DNA from: a virus
Lineage: Duplodnaviria > Caudoviricetes
Length of the DNA: 64,000 nucleotides
Direction: 5' to 3' (one strand)
IMG/VR virus record: IMGVR_UViG_3300028887_000067
Coordinates: 160,001 to 224,000 of that record
Shown here: positions 45,570 through 55,379 of the stretch, in pieces
How the letters are laid out: each line of letters begins with the position of its first letter
How positions within the stretch are numbered: position 1 is the stretch's first letter
The notes under the pieces: generated by a model
Databases searched by the model: none
Told to the model about the DNA's origin: nothing
What the model saw: only the letters and a program-made list of their open reading frames with translations
Translations under genes and position numbers: made by a program

Positions 45570-46349
45570 TTAGTAACCGCGACAGGCGCAGTAGGCACGG
45601 TAGGCGTCCGCCGAGTTCGCGGCGACCTGTTTCCACGCGTCGGTCTTCAGTAGGTTCTTCAATGTCTTGTTGATGTTCCTCGTGTCCGTCGTCACCAGTG
45701 ACTGCCCGAACTCATTGTGGGTGCTGTCCTCGGACACCACGCACACGTTGTTGACCAGTAGCGGGGCGAGCCGTACCTGTTCCTGTCTCGCGGAGTTCGG
45801 ATAGGCGTGGAGGTTGAGCACAATCTTCGACCGCTGGATATACGGTATCAGGTCGTCTCCGAACACTCCGGTCAGGATGACCGTCTTGGCGTGCTTGTGG
45901 CTCATCGTCGACCATGCCTGCAGTATCTGCAACCGGCGCTGTGTCAGCATCCCGTAGAACAGGACGTCGATGTCCTTCACCTCCGGCGCCTTCGTGTTGT
46001 ATTTCAGCGCGGGAGTGTACTCGAGGGGCATGTACTTCGCCTTTATCCCGAACGTGGCGAGGAAGTTGATGTTGTCGATGTCATAGTCCCAGACGTCGTC
46101 GGCCTTCCTGAGCCAGTCCAGGTAGAATGGGTTGGCGCAGGTTGCCCCAGGGAACATCTGCTCGAGATTGTAGACTATGACCCTCTTGTGCGGGTGCGTA
46201 GAACGGTACGCCTCGGGGTACATGTTTGTGTCGCATAGCGCTACCACTATGCAGGCGTCGTCGAGGTCCTTCCGGTCCCTGAACTTGTCTTCCAGCCACG
46301 CCTTCACGTCGTCGAAGACTCGGTCGTTGAATGTTTCGATGGTCGGCAT
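45570..46349 (-). CDS. Glycosyltransferase-like protein (GT-B, Glyco_trans_1_2-like)
   Basis: IDVLFYG...RR..IL, RSKIVLNLH, EQVRL, VVSE motifs. Confidence 0.7.
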   Translation of the reverse strand: MPTIETFNDRVFDDVKAWLEDKFRDRKDLDDACIVVALCDTNMYPEAYRSTHPHKRVIVYNLEQMFPGATCANPFYLDWLRKADDVWDYDIDNINFLATFGIKAKYMPLEYTPALKYNTKAPEVKDIDVLFYGMLTQRRLQILQAWSTMSHKHAKTVILTGVFGDDLIPYIQRSKIVLNLHAYPNSARQEQVRLAPLLVNNVCVVSEDSTHNEFGQSLVTTDTRNINKTLKNLLKTDAWKQVAANSADAYRAYCACRGY

Positions 46350-47716
46350 TATTGTACTTCCGTGAGCGGGATTGCAACCTTGGCCACGACGGCGCTTCCG
46401 TCCGTGACGAAAATGTTTGATTCGGCTGGGTAGTAGGCGTGGAGCACGGTGGTGGCGAACTCGTCCGGGCCCACTATGCTCGGGTTGATGTAGACCTTGG
46501 TCATCTTGCCGTCCTCAAGGGCGTCGATCGCGCCCTCGGCGCCCACGTGCCAGTGGCCCATAATTGCCACGTCGGCGTGGTTGTGGATAAGGTCAGTGCG
46601 GATCTTGCGGAGAACCGTGTTGATCGCGCCGGCAGCGGCGGTGGAGCCGTTGTAGCGGTCGCCGTGCTCGAGCATCCAGCGCTGGTTGCCGATCTCGGTC
46701 ACGAGGACGGTAGCCTCGTCGTCGAACTCGACCGTGATGTTCTTCGCCTCGGCTTCGCACCTGTCCTTGAGGGTGCTGTATATGATATGTTCGAAGTTGT
46801 CCAAGCTGCGGTTCTTGCTTTGGAGCTTCTTTCCGGTGCGTGAATGGTTTCCCACGACGCAGGAAATCTTGACCGTCTTGTAAAGTTTCGCGTACTTGAG
46901 GATGATGCCGGTGAGGAACGAGTTCAGGACGCTGACGCACTTGGGTGCCGTGTATGCGTTCGTTGCGCGGAGCTCGTCATGGATTTCGCCGGAGATGAGG
47001 TCGCCCAGCATGAGGATGTGGAGATGGTCGCATCCGTAGATGGTCGCGAACTTGTAATTTTCCTCGAAGAGCTTGGTGAGTCGCTTGAACGCGATTTCCG
47101 GGTTGAACTTGTTGAATCCGAAGTTGGACTGGGGCTGTACCACCTCGCCGAAATGGAGATCCGATATCGGGAGGACGTTGTAGTGCGGCCCGCCCTTCTT
47201 GCCGGCGTTGACCAGCTTGAGCTCGACGTTTGCCGGCTTCACGGAAGCCGCCGCTTCCGCCATGCGGTTGACCTTTTCCTTGCCGACGAAGGCCTCCTCC
47301 TGGAGCTTCCTGAGTTTTTTCTCCGTCGCCTTGAGCTCGCGCCGGTAGTAATATTCCTTGCCGTGCTCCTCGTCCTCGCTGTAGCCAAACATGAGGTCTT
47401 CATCCTCGTCCGGCGTTTCGGAATGCGGGAGCCTGTCCTTCGGGTTCTTCGGCGGGATGAAGGTCCCCTCGGTGGAAACCGGTCTCAGCAGGTTCTCGAG
47501 CGTCAGGTCGACAATCCGGTTGAACTTGTCGGCCGGTATGTTAGGCTCTATCCAGCCGGCCTCTACGAGTTCCTGCTGGTAGGCCTTCACGATGGACGGG
47601 TCTAGGTTGAAGTGTTTCAGGAGGTTGACCACGCCGCCGTTGTTGACGAGCGTCGGGGTTGTGCGAGCCTTTGGCTTTCCAATGACCCGCTGAATCGACT
47701 TGGAGGCTTTTCCCAT
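46349..47716 (-). CDS. Calcineurin-like metallophosphoesterase with N-terminal extension
   Basis: SDLHFG, GDLISG, GNH, HGD, GHWH. Confidence 0.85.
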   Translation of the reverse strand: MGKASKSIQRVIGKPKARTTPTLVNNGGVVNLLKHFNLDPSIVKAYQQELVEAGWIEPNIPADKFNRIVDLTLENLLRPVSTEGTFIPPKNPKDRLPHSETPDEDEDLMFGYSEDEEHGKEYYYRRELKATEKKLRKLQEEAFVGKEKVNRMAEAAASVKPANVELKLVNAGKKGGPHYNVLPISDLHFGEVVQPQSNFGFNKFNPEIAFKRLTKLFEENYKFATIYGCDHLHILMLGDLISGEIHDELRATNAYTAPKCVSVLNSFLTGIILKYAKLYKTVKISCVVGNHSRTGKKLQSKNRSLDNFEHIIYSTLKDRCEAEAKNITVEFDDEATVLVTEIGNQRWMLEHGDRYNGSTAAAGAINTVLRKIRTDLIHNHADVAIMGHWHVGAEGAIDALEDGKMTKVYINPSIVGPDEFATTVLHAYYPAESNIFVTDGSAVVAKVAIPLTEVQ

Positions 47717-47814
47717 CAGGATTGTCCTTTGTAATTGTTTACTCGATAAATTATATCGAATGGGGTTTGTTGACCATTATGTTAAAAATTTCTAATTTGA
47801 AATGCAAATTTTCT

Positions 47815-48582
47815 ATGAGTACGAGAAAAATGAGCAAACACAAAAACCGTCGGCGCGTCAAGCGAGTGTTCATGACGGTGGAGACAATCATCCTTTTCCT
47901 GCTTGTCGCAGTTGGTTCCTACCTGGTTGGTTCATACAAGAACAATTTTGAAAAAATCGACGAGACTATGTCAGTGGCGCAGTCCACATCGGATGCGATA
48001 GCGGCGAAACTCGACAGCCTGGACGCCCATGTGGCCGCCCTGCACGAGATAACGGAGGCCAACCGGGCTCGATCCCAGCAAATCGCCACCGGAACGAAAA
48101 TCATCATTTCCGCGAAAAAAGACATAGAACCTCGTTTTGCCGCCAAATTGGCCAGAATCATATACGACGAGTCGGAATTCAGCTCCAGCGTCGAATACCC
48201 GTTCCTGCTGGCCGTCATAGCGGTGGAATCACGGTTCAACCCCGACGCGGTTTCGCCGGCCGGAGCCAAGGGGCTTGGGCAGCTGATGCCCGCCACGGCC
48301 GAATCCATGGCACGGCAGGCGGGGATGTCCTTCAAGCCCGCCCTGCTGACCGACCCGAGATACAACGTTAAGCTGTCCGTCCAGTACTTGGGCAAGCTGA
48401 AGCACATGTTCCAGACCAACGTCCTTGTCGCGGCGGCTTACAACGGGGGCCCGCTCGGCGCCCAGAAGTACAAGAAGTGGATCGACGGCGAAATCCCGCA
48501 GGAACAGGTGCATCCGGAAACCGTGTCCTACGTCAGCATGGTGATGGAAAAATACTACGCATACAGGTCGCTTTTACAGTAG
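47815..48582 (+). CDS. Membrane-anchored lytic transglycosylase (SLT domain)
   Basis: N-terminal TM helix, coiled coil, VESRFNPDAVSPAGAKGLGQLMP, AAYNGG, ETVSYV. Start uncertain. Confidence 0.9.
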   Translation: MSTRKMSKHKNRRRVKRVFMTVETIILFLLVAVGSYLVGSYKNNFEKIDETMSVAQSTSDAIAAKLDSLDAHVAALHEITEANRARSQQIATGTKIIISAKKDIEPRFAAKLARIIYDESEFSSSVEYPFLLAVIAVESRFNPDAVSPAGAKGLGQLMPATAESMARQAGMSFKPALLTDPRYNVKLSVQYLGKLKHMFQTNVLVAAAYNGGPLGAQKYKKWIDGEIPQEQVHPETVSYVSMVMEKYYAYRSLLQ

Positions 48583-48590
48583 GAGGCTCT

Positions 48591-48812
48591 ATGTGGACTT
48601 TAATTCTCGTATTGGCTATTCATGGTTCGGTATTTACCGAACCGCAAACTATGATGACCAATATTCCCGGCTTCTCATCCAAGGAAAACTGCCTAGCGGC
48701 TGGCGAATCCCTTGCCAAGGAGAATCAAAAGCGCGGTTCTTGGATATATCACTGTATCGAAGTCAACTACGCACACCCTTTAGGGTGTGAGCTTGTAGTT
48801 GCAACCGTTTGA
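48591..48812 (+). CDS. Small secreted/membrane protein; 3' end altered by the IS insertion
   Basis: SD AGGAGG; MWTLILVLAIH...; the last ~16 codons lie inside the IS right end. Confidence 0.7.
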   Translation: MWTLILVLAIHGSVFTEPQTMMTNIPGFSSKENCLAAGESLAKENQKRGSWIYHCIEVNYAHPLGCELVVATV

Positions 48813-50247
48813 ACTAGTTGCAACCACGATTGGCCGGTTGACATCGGCCTGCCCGAGAATACCATAGAGCCATAAGTTGGCTTGACTACGATTGAGTCGG
48901 GGCGGTGACGGAGGACGATATTGCAAGCGCCATTACTATCGGCATCAAGCAATTCTCCGTCTGAGGCATAATAACGAGTACCCAGCCGTTTGCCTTCAAG
49001 CAATCCTCGGTAGTCGAGACGGGATGTATAAGCTGGTTCAACTGTTACCACTTCCTTCCCGAGAAGCGGTGCCTTGTACTCTAGTGTGGTCTGGATTTCT
49101 TTCAGAGGAACCTGTCCAAACCGGTTATTATGCTTCTTTCGTTTGATTTCCGTGTGCTTCCCATCTATCTTGATGGTCTTCTTGGAAGTACACTTCTTAA
49201 TCTTGCTTAAATCTTCTAGTACATAGGTAGTATAGTCCTTTGCAAGAAGCCAGTTCACTACCCTATGGACTTCGTTCTTCGAACGATTTTGTTCAGTCCT
49301 TGACAATTTCTTCAAATGACGCTTAGCAGACTTGGTATTCTTTGACTTTAAACAACGGCGTAGATAGCGGAGCTTTCTTCTTTCTCGGTTAAAATCACGG
49401 TTAATCCACCCGGTCCCATCGGAACAGGTCACAATACGGCGAATCCCTCGGTCTACGCCGAGAGCTTCGCCTTCGGTGTGCTCAAGTTCCGGAACATCAA
49501 ACTGGATGGTTAAGTAAAACTGACCTTTTCGATAGAAAATATTGCAGTTCTGCGGCTTGTATAGCTCAAATAATTTGCTCAGTTGCTTGTATGAATCGAA
49601 GGTACAGCGGACTCGCTTGAAACCGGGTACAGTCAAATCGACGGCATTATGTGTTAAATTGTTGTACAATCGCTTGTCGAGAACCATAGAAAGGTTCTTC
49701 TTGATAGGCGGCTCGAAATTGTTTTTTTCGTTTGCTATGCAAGTAGTCCAGTTGCCTACGGCTTCCAATATAGCCTTCAGGACCATCTGGCTGCTTAATA
49801 GCGGAAATTGCTCCCTCAGTTCCTTGTAGTATTCCGATTGTACATCGTATCGACTTAATCTATGGTGCTTAAAGTCTATTCTACTGAATATCTGGCTAAG
49901 ATAGTTATAGCAATCCTTCTCAGCTTCGAGAATTTCCTTGTATCTTGTTTCAGTTTCCGTATTAGGAAATTTGAGAACTGCATTATAACTAATCACCATA
50001 AAGCAAGCAATGCCCGGTAGACACTTATTTTGGCCTTCAGTATCTACCGAGCATCTAAAATCCTATCAAGTACCAGAAGAAGGCCAATAATTCCGATACA
50101 TTAAAAGTTTATACAATTTACAAAAATATTTCATTCAATTCCAATATATTTTGCTATATTTTCATTGGAGGCGGCCATTCCTATGCCACCCTAAAGGGTT
50201 CCCGACCGCTATTCGCGGTCGGTGGCATCTTCCTGGCCGATTATTTT
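48762..50247 (-). mobile_element. IS200/IS605-family TnpB-only element, copy 2
   Basis: Minus-strand right end CAAGCTCACACCCTAAAGGGTGTGCGTAGTTGAC; left end TTCAC|AAAATAATCGGCCAGGAAGATGCCACC...CCCTTTAGGGTGGC; in-silico excision restores ...CIEVK* in the flanking gene. Confidence 0.87.
48767..49999 (-). CDS. tnpB: RNA-guided endonuclease TnpB
   Basis: RuvC motifs GVDRG, VLEDL, DADSNGACNI; homologous to 8281-9492. Confidence 0.92.
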   Translation of the reverse strand: MVISYNAVLKFPNTETETRYKEILEAEKDCYNYLSQIFSRIDFKHHRLSRYDVQSEYYKELREQFPLLSSQMVLKAILEAVGNWTTCIANEKNNFEPPIKKNLSMVLDKRLYNNLTHNAVDLTVPGFKRVRCTFDSYKQLSKLFELYKPQNCNIFYRKGQFYLTIQFDVPELEHTEGEALGVDRGIRRIVTCSDGTGWINRDFNRERRKLRYLRRCLKSKNTKSAKRHLKKLSRTEQNRSKNEVHRVVNWLLAKDYTTYVLEDLSKIKKCTSKKTIKIDGKHTEIKRKKHNNRFGQVPLKEIQTTLEYKAPLLGKEVVTVEPAYTSRLDYRGLLEGKRLGTRYYASDGELLDADSNGACNIVLRHRPDSIVVKPTYGSMVFSGRPMSTGQSWLQLVQTVATTSSHPKGCA

Positions 50248-50257
50248 GTGAAATGAG

Positions 50258-50286
50258 TTGACCACTCGCGATAAGATTCCTATATT
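50258..50286 (+). promoter_or_regulatory. Sigma70-type promoter for thyX (leaderless geometry)
   Basis: TTGACC-17 nt-TATATT-6 nt-ATG. Confidence 0.7.
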
Positions 50287-50292
50287 CAGAAT

Positions 50293-50991
50293 ATGAGTAT
50301 TCAAATTTTATCAATTACGAACAATCCGCTCCAGTTCATCGGTCGTTGCGCCGGAATCTGCTGGGACGCTCCCGTCGACGATCCCGATAAAAACATCAAG
50401 CGGGCCAAAGAGTGCATCGAAAGCAACCACGGTCGCGTGCTTGAATTTCCCGACATGACCATTGTCATCGATGGCCCGTCGGCAAGGATGATGCGCGAAC
50501 TTTACACCCACATCGGCGGCGGTCCGACCCGTCTGCAGTCGTCCACCCGCTATGTCAACGAGAAGGATTTCAAGTATTACACTCCGCCTTCTTGCCAGAA
50601 GGACGGCGTCAAGGAAATCTACGAAGAAGCTATGCAGCACGACGCCGAAGTGTATGGAAAGCTTATCGAGTTGGGCGTACCCCGCGAAGATGCGGCTAAC
50701 AAGCTTCCCCTTGGAATGGAGTCCAAGATGGTGTGGAAGATCAATCTACGCGCCCTGGTGAACTTCTTCAACAGGCGCCTGTGTACCCGCGCACTGAAAG
50801 AAATCCGCGAATTTGCCACGGCGCTCAAGAATACCATTGCCCAGGTCGACGAGGAATGGGCCTGGATTACCGAGAACCTGTTCGTGCCGTCGTGCGAGCA
50901 GTACAAGTATATGAATCCCGCCCTGTGCTTCTGTGTCGAGAAGAAGGGATGCGGTCGTCACCCATACATCAAGGAATGGAAAGCCAAATGA
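50293..50991 (+). CDS. thyX: FAD-dependent thymidylate synthase
   Basis: HGRVLEF, RELYTH...QSSTRYV, PREDA..LP, NLRAL..F...RLC.RA..EIR. Confidence 0.9.
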   Translation: MSIQILSITNNPLQFIGRCAGICWDAPVDDPDKNIKRAKECIESNHGRVLEFPDMTIVIDGPSARMMRELYTHIGGGPTRLQSSTRYVNEKDFKYYTPPSCQKDGVKEIYEEAMQHDAEVYGKLIELGVPREDAANKLPLGMESKMVWKINLRALVNFFNRRLCTRALKEIREFATALKNTIAQVDEEWAWITENLFVPSCEQYKYMNPALCFCVEKKGCGRHPYIKEWKAK

Positions 50992-53168
50992 TCGAGACTT
51001 ACGGCGAATACTGCAAGCTCTGCGACGAGCTCAAGAAACTGGCGAAGGCCTACGACGACGGAAACTCGCTCGTCGACGATTCCGTCTATGACGCCAAGTA
51101 CCGCGAGCTCAAGGCCTATGAACTCCAGAACCCCGACCTGAAGCTGGATGACTCTCCGACGAACCGCGTCTACGGATCCAACACGGACGGGTTCCGCAAG
51201 GTCGAACACAAGATACCGATGGTTTCAATCACGAACGCCAACGGGATCGAGGAGGCGGTCGACTGGGTCCGCAAGATGCGCGACAAGTACGGGGCGAGAA
51301 AGTTCGAACTCGAGAACAAGCTCGACGGCGCGAGCCTGTCCCTCATATACAAGGACGGTACACTCGTCGACGCGGTCACCAGGGGTGAGAACAACGTGGG
51401 TGACGCTGTCCCTGAGAACGCCGTCCGTATGCAGGGCGTCAAGACCTGCATCAAGCGTAAGGGCGACGTGGAAATCCGTGGCGAGTGTCTGTGGTTCTTC
51501 GAGCAGTTTGACGCGTACAACGAGCAACTCGAGCAGTTCGGGAAGCCGCAGATATCCAACCCGCGCAACGGCGTAGCCGGCACGCTCAAGCTGAAGACCC
51601 CCGACGAGGTGGAACAGCGCAAGGTCAACTTCGTGGCGTACATCGTCGCACAGGGTTCAGAAAGCGACACGCAGACGGGCGACGTGGAATACCTCGAGTC
51701 CGAAGGGTTCGAAGTCCCCCCGCACGAGACCGTAGACGTGACCGGCGACGAGGGCTTGGAACGTTTCCGCGAGGTCGCCGAGAGGATGCGGGAGAACAGG
51801 TATAACATGCCGTACGCCATCGACGGCGTCGTCATCAAGGTGGACGACAAGGAGCTGCAGGACAGGATGGGATATACGTCCAAGGCCCCGAACTTCTACA
51901 AGGCCTACAAGTTCCCGCCCGAGGAGAAGGACACCGAGCTTATCGACATCGAGAACTCGATTGGAAAGTCCGGCGCCATCACGCCGGTGGCCGTGTTCAA
52001 ACCGGTCAACCTCGCGATGACAGTCGTCCAGCGCTGTTCGCTCGGCAACTGGGACCGCGTCGAGTACCTCGGCCTGTTCAAGGGTTGCACGGTAAGGATT
52101 CGCAAGGCCGGCGAAATCATCCCCGAACTGGTGAAATGTGTCGAGACCGGGGTGTCCAAGGACGATTACGACATCCTGGTCAACGAGCGTCATGAAAAGC
52201 CACGCGTATACGCGGAAATGCCGTACTCGAAGCGCCTGATCACCAATAAGGAGTTCTACAGGCGTCCTGAAAAGTGCCCGTTCTGCGGGTCAGTGCTTTG
52301 GCACGACGTCAACGACAAGGACGAGGAGCTGGTGGCCTGGGTGTGCAAGAACCCCGAGTGCCCCGCCCAGATGGTCGAGAAGCTGTGCCATTTCGTAGAC
52401 CGCAAGGTGATGAACATCCGTGGCCTCGGCGAGAGCTCGATTCAGCAGCTCTTCGATTCCGGAAAGGTGCGTACCTTCGACGACCTGTACAGGCTCAAGA
52501 AGGAGGATATCGAACAGGCGAGCGACCGCCACGGGAAGAAATCCAGGGCGTTACAGTCGGCAAAAATCCTCGACGCCATCGAGAAGTCCAAGGGCAACTT
52601 CCTGCACCAGTGGATCGAGGGGTTTGGCATCACCGGGCTCGGTCACACGGCGGCGCCTATTGTGGCCGAATGTGTCCACCGTTGCGGGGGGATGAAAAAG
52701 TTCATCGCCAACCCGACGTTCAGTACGACGGCGACCGAGTTCAGGCAGTACGCCGACACGCTTGGCGTCTCCGCCATGATAGCGGACGCCTTCCTGGATT
52801 TCGTGGTCAACCAGCAGGTAGTGCTGGCCAACCTCGTCTTCGCGGGGGTGACGTTCCCGCACAAGGAGAACAAGGTAGTGTCGGCATCGCTCGCCGGACG
52901 TGTCTGCATCATGACGGGCGTATTCGACAAGCTCGGGAGGAACGAGTTCAAAGAGCTTGTCGTGGCAAACGGCGGTACTGTCTGTTCCGGCATAAGCAAG
53001 AAGACGAACCTCGTCCTTATGGGCGACGGCGCGGGCCCGTCAAAAGTCAAGGCTATCGAGGACCTGAAGTCGGCAGGGTACAAGATCGACGTGTACACGC
53101 CGGACACGCTGTCCGATTTCATGAATATGGTAGAAGGTAAGCATGAGGAAACCGATCAGGAAGAATAA
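50988..53168 (+). CDS. ligA: NAD-dependent DNA ligase
   Basis: Start at 50988 (ATGA overlap); KLDG, TRG, EIRGE, NPRN, DGVVIK, AYKF, GEIIP, C4 zinc finger and C-terminal BRCT domain. Confidence 0.96.
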   Translation: MIETYGEYCKLCDELKKLAKAYDDGNSLVDDSVYDAKYRELKAYELQNPDLKLDDSPTNRVYGSNTDGFRKVEHKIPMVSITNANGIEEAVDWVRKMRDKYGARKFELENKLDGASLSLIYKDGTLVDAVTRGENNVGDAVPENAVRMQGVKTCIKRKGDVEIRGECLWFFEQFDAYNEQLEQFGKPQISNPRNGVAGTLKLKTPDEVEQRKVNFVAYIVAQGSESDTQTGDVEYLESEGFEVPPHETVDVTGDEGLERFREVAERMRENRYNMPYAIDGVVIKVDDKELQDRMGYTSKAPNFYKAYKFPPEEKDTELIDIENSIGKSGAITPVAVFKPVNLAMTVVQRCSLGNWDRVEYLGLFKGCTVRIRKAGEIIPELVKCVETGVSKDDYDILVNERHEKPRVYAEMPYSKRLITNKEFYRRPEKCPFCGSVLWHDVNDKDEELVAWVCKNPECPAQMVEKLCHFVDRKVMNIRGLGESSIQQLFDSGKVRTFDDLYRLKKEDIEQASDRHGKKSRALQSAKILDAIEKSKGNFLHQWIEGFGITGLGHTAAPIVAECVHRCGGMKKFIANPTFSTTATEFRQYADTLGVSAMIADAFLDFVVNQQVVLANLVFAGVTFPHKENKVVSASLAGRVCIMTGVFDKLGRNEFKELVVANGGTVCSGISKKTNLVLMGDGAGPSKVKAIEDLKSAGYKIDVYTPDTLSDFMNMVEGKHEETDQEE

Positions 53169-53895
53169 GGACAGCATCGACAAGACGAAGGGGATGGTTG
53201 TCTTTCCCAGTTCGCAGAGCACGCTCGCTACTACATGGGTGGACACTGTAGACAAGATCGTGACCGAAGGAACGGGCACGGCCGACGTCAACCGCCTCTC
53301 CGAAATCAAGAGCAAGCTGGAAAACGCTCTCGTGGTCGTCAATAACCGTCTGACGGAGGAGCTGGACCGAGCCGACCGGAGAAACCTGCTCGCCGCGAAG
53401 CTTGACGCCCGCAAGTGGCTAATCGAGCACGGACCCGGACATATTGCTCGTGTCAAGTGGATGGGCCTCGCGCAGACTACGGCATATATGCTGGTCACTT
53501 GCGTGACTTATGACCCGACGGCCTCGTCATTCCTGATTAGTGGCATCACGTTTAGCGTGCATATCAGGAACAACGGCAAGGGGGGCATCATTTGCAGTGG
53601 TATCAGGACTCCGTCCCCGATAATGGCGAGCTCGCTTTGTATCAAGAATGCCGAGCACAGGCATTACGTGATTTCCGGTGCCGTCCAGAGTGTTGAGTTC
53701 GGATTCGATTATGAAAACGGGGTGACCGAGGATGCTCTGGTCAATGGCGTGTCCGACGAACTGACACGCCTCGGCGAAACGTGCAACCAGTTTAAACAAA
53801 TGAGGAAAAAATGTCAAATCCAAACCTCAAGGCGAACGAAAGGAGCGCCACCGAAAAAAAGGTTCGGGAAAAAGGAACGCTCCTCTTCAAAGTGA
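53143..53895 (+). CDS. Hypothetical protein
   Basis: 250-aa ORF in the operon; 3' end overlaps the next gene by 85 nt. Confidence 0.6.
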   Translation: MRKPIRKNKDSIDKTKGMVVFPSSQSTLATTWVDTVDKIVTEGTGTADVNRLSEIKSKLENALVVVNNRLTEELDRADRRNLLAAKLDARKWLIEHGPGHIARVKWMGLAQTTAYMLVTCVTYDPTASSFLISGITFSVHIRNNGKGGIICSGIRTPSPIMASSLCIKNAEHRHYVISGAVQSVEFGFDYENGVTEDALVNGVSDELTRLGETCNQFKQMRKKCQIQTSRRTKGAPPKKRFGKKERSSSK

Positions 53896-55028
53896 TTACC
53901 GGCTCGACCGCGTTCGGGCTCAATACGCCGACTTCGGACCTTGATATCCGTGGCGTATACATTCTTCCGTGGGAAGACCGCATCAGGCCGTACGTCGGTG
54001 ACCAGATCGCCGACGAGTCCAATGACGAGACCTACTGGGAAATTTCGAAGTTCTTCAGGGAGCTCGCGAAGGCGAACCCGCAGGCGCTCGAGATGCTATA
54101 TTCTCCGGACAGCTGCATCCTCGAGGGAAAGGAGTATCTCGAGAAGTTGCGTCGCGACATGAAGTTTGTCACCCGGAGATGCGAGAAGACTTTCGTCGAG
54201 TACGCGAAAGGCCAGATTGCCCGCGCACGGGGCATGAACAAGAAGGTGTTCAACCCGAAGGCGGCCGACAAGCCGTTGATTCTCGACTTCTGCTACGTAA
54301 TGATGCCGAACGGCACTGCGGTGCCGGTCAAGAAGTGGCTGGCCACCCACAAGGACGACGAGTACGGCGACGACCAGAAGTGGTACGCCGTCGCCGCCAT
54401 TGACCATGTCGACATGGGGTTCGCCATTTACGGGCAACCCGTTTCCGAGCGCAACGTCCCCGGACTCAACGAGCACGAGTGGAGATGGGCCTACGGAATC
54501 GTCCGTAACGAGGAGACGAGCTGCGAGATCCAGCTCAACTCTATTCCGCAAGGTAAACGCGTACTCGCGTTCATGACATACAACAAGAATGCGTACTCGA
54601 AGGCGTGCAAGGAGCACGCCGAGTATGTCGAATGGGAAAAGAAGCGCAATCCCGAGCGCTATGCCACGACCATCGCCCATGGTCAGGGCTACGACGCTAA
54701 AAATATGATGCACTGCGTGCGGCTCCTCTTCACGGCCCGTGACATCGCAGTGACCCATACGGTCGTAGTCAGCCGGAAGGCGGAACGCGACTTCCTGCTC
54801 AACATCAAGAGTGGCGCGTGGAAGTACGACGACCTGATCTCGTACGCGGAAAAGCTGGTCGAAGAAGTGACGGGCCTGTTCAAGAACTCTGGGTTGCCTG
54901 AGGAAGGCCCGTCCGAGGCGGAGATGTGCGACTACCTTATCGGGTTCATCAAGTCTGTCCAGAGAGACCGGTCGCCGCTTGGCCGCTGTCTTCGACTACT
55001 GCGCAGACTTTGGCATATTTGTGCCTAG
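53811..55028 (+). CDS. Pol-beta superfamily nucleotidyltransferase (RlaP/YcgL-like)
   Basis: GSTAFGLNTPTSDLDIRGVY, ANPQALEML, GYDAKNMMHCVRLL. Confidence 0.88.
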   Translation: MSNPNLKANERSATEKKVREKGTLLFKVITGSTAFGLNTPTSDLDIRGVYILPWEDRIRPYVGDQIADESNDETYWEISKFFRELAKANPQALEMLYSPDSCILEGKEYLEKLRRDMKFVTRRCEKTFVEYAKGQIARARGMNKKVFNPKAADKPLILDFCYVMMPNGTAVPVKKWLATHKDDEYGDDQKWYAVAAIDHVDMGFAIYGQPVSERNVPGLNEHEWRWAYGIVRNEETSCEIQLNSIPQGKRVLAFMTYNKNAYSKACKEHAEYVEWEKKRNPERYATTIAHGQGYDAKNMMHCVRLLFTARDIAVTHTVVVSRKAERDFLLNIKSGAWKYDDLISYAEKLVEEVTGLFKNSGLPEEGPSEAEMCDYLIGFIKSVQRDRSPLGRCLRLLRRLWHICA

Positions 55029-55174
55029 ACTCGTACCATCGGATAAGTTCAATCTGATCGGTGATTGGCGAGAACACATCGGGGGAGCAGCCGGACAGGC
55101 CGCTCCTCTTGTCTATGTAGATAATTCCGTATCTCATGCTTGCCAGTTTATGAGTCTAAAGCTATATTTCATCC

Positions 55175-55378
55175 GTGTCTAAAGAAAAGAAGCAACTCAG
55201 GAAAGTAGAAGTCAATTTCATCTCCAAGAGCGGATTCGGGACGGCTTCCGACATATACAAGGTCGTCGTCGGTCCTGGCTCGACTACGGAGAAGGAAATC
55301 GACTGGAGGACGGCCCACATGGAGCCCGACGAGTGGACCCGAGAAATCGGATCCGATGAACTTATAAAGGAGATCTAG
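55175..55378 (+). CDS. Small hypothetical protein (probably leaderless)
   Basis: GCTATATT-6 nt-GTG; 67 aa. Confidence 0.55.
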   Translation: MSKEKKQLRKVEVNFISKSGFGTASDIYKVVVGPGSTTEKEIDWRTAHMEPDEWTREIGSDELIKEI

Positions 55379-55379
55379 T

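Noticed and set aside
54949-55152. 62-aa minus-strand ORF preceded by CATAAACT
   Set aside because: Imperfect motif, antisense overlap with the nucleotidyltransferase and no protein features.
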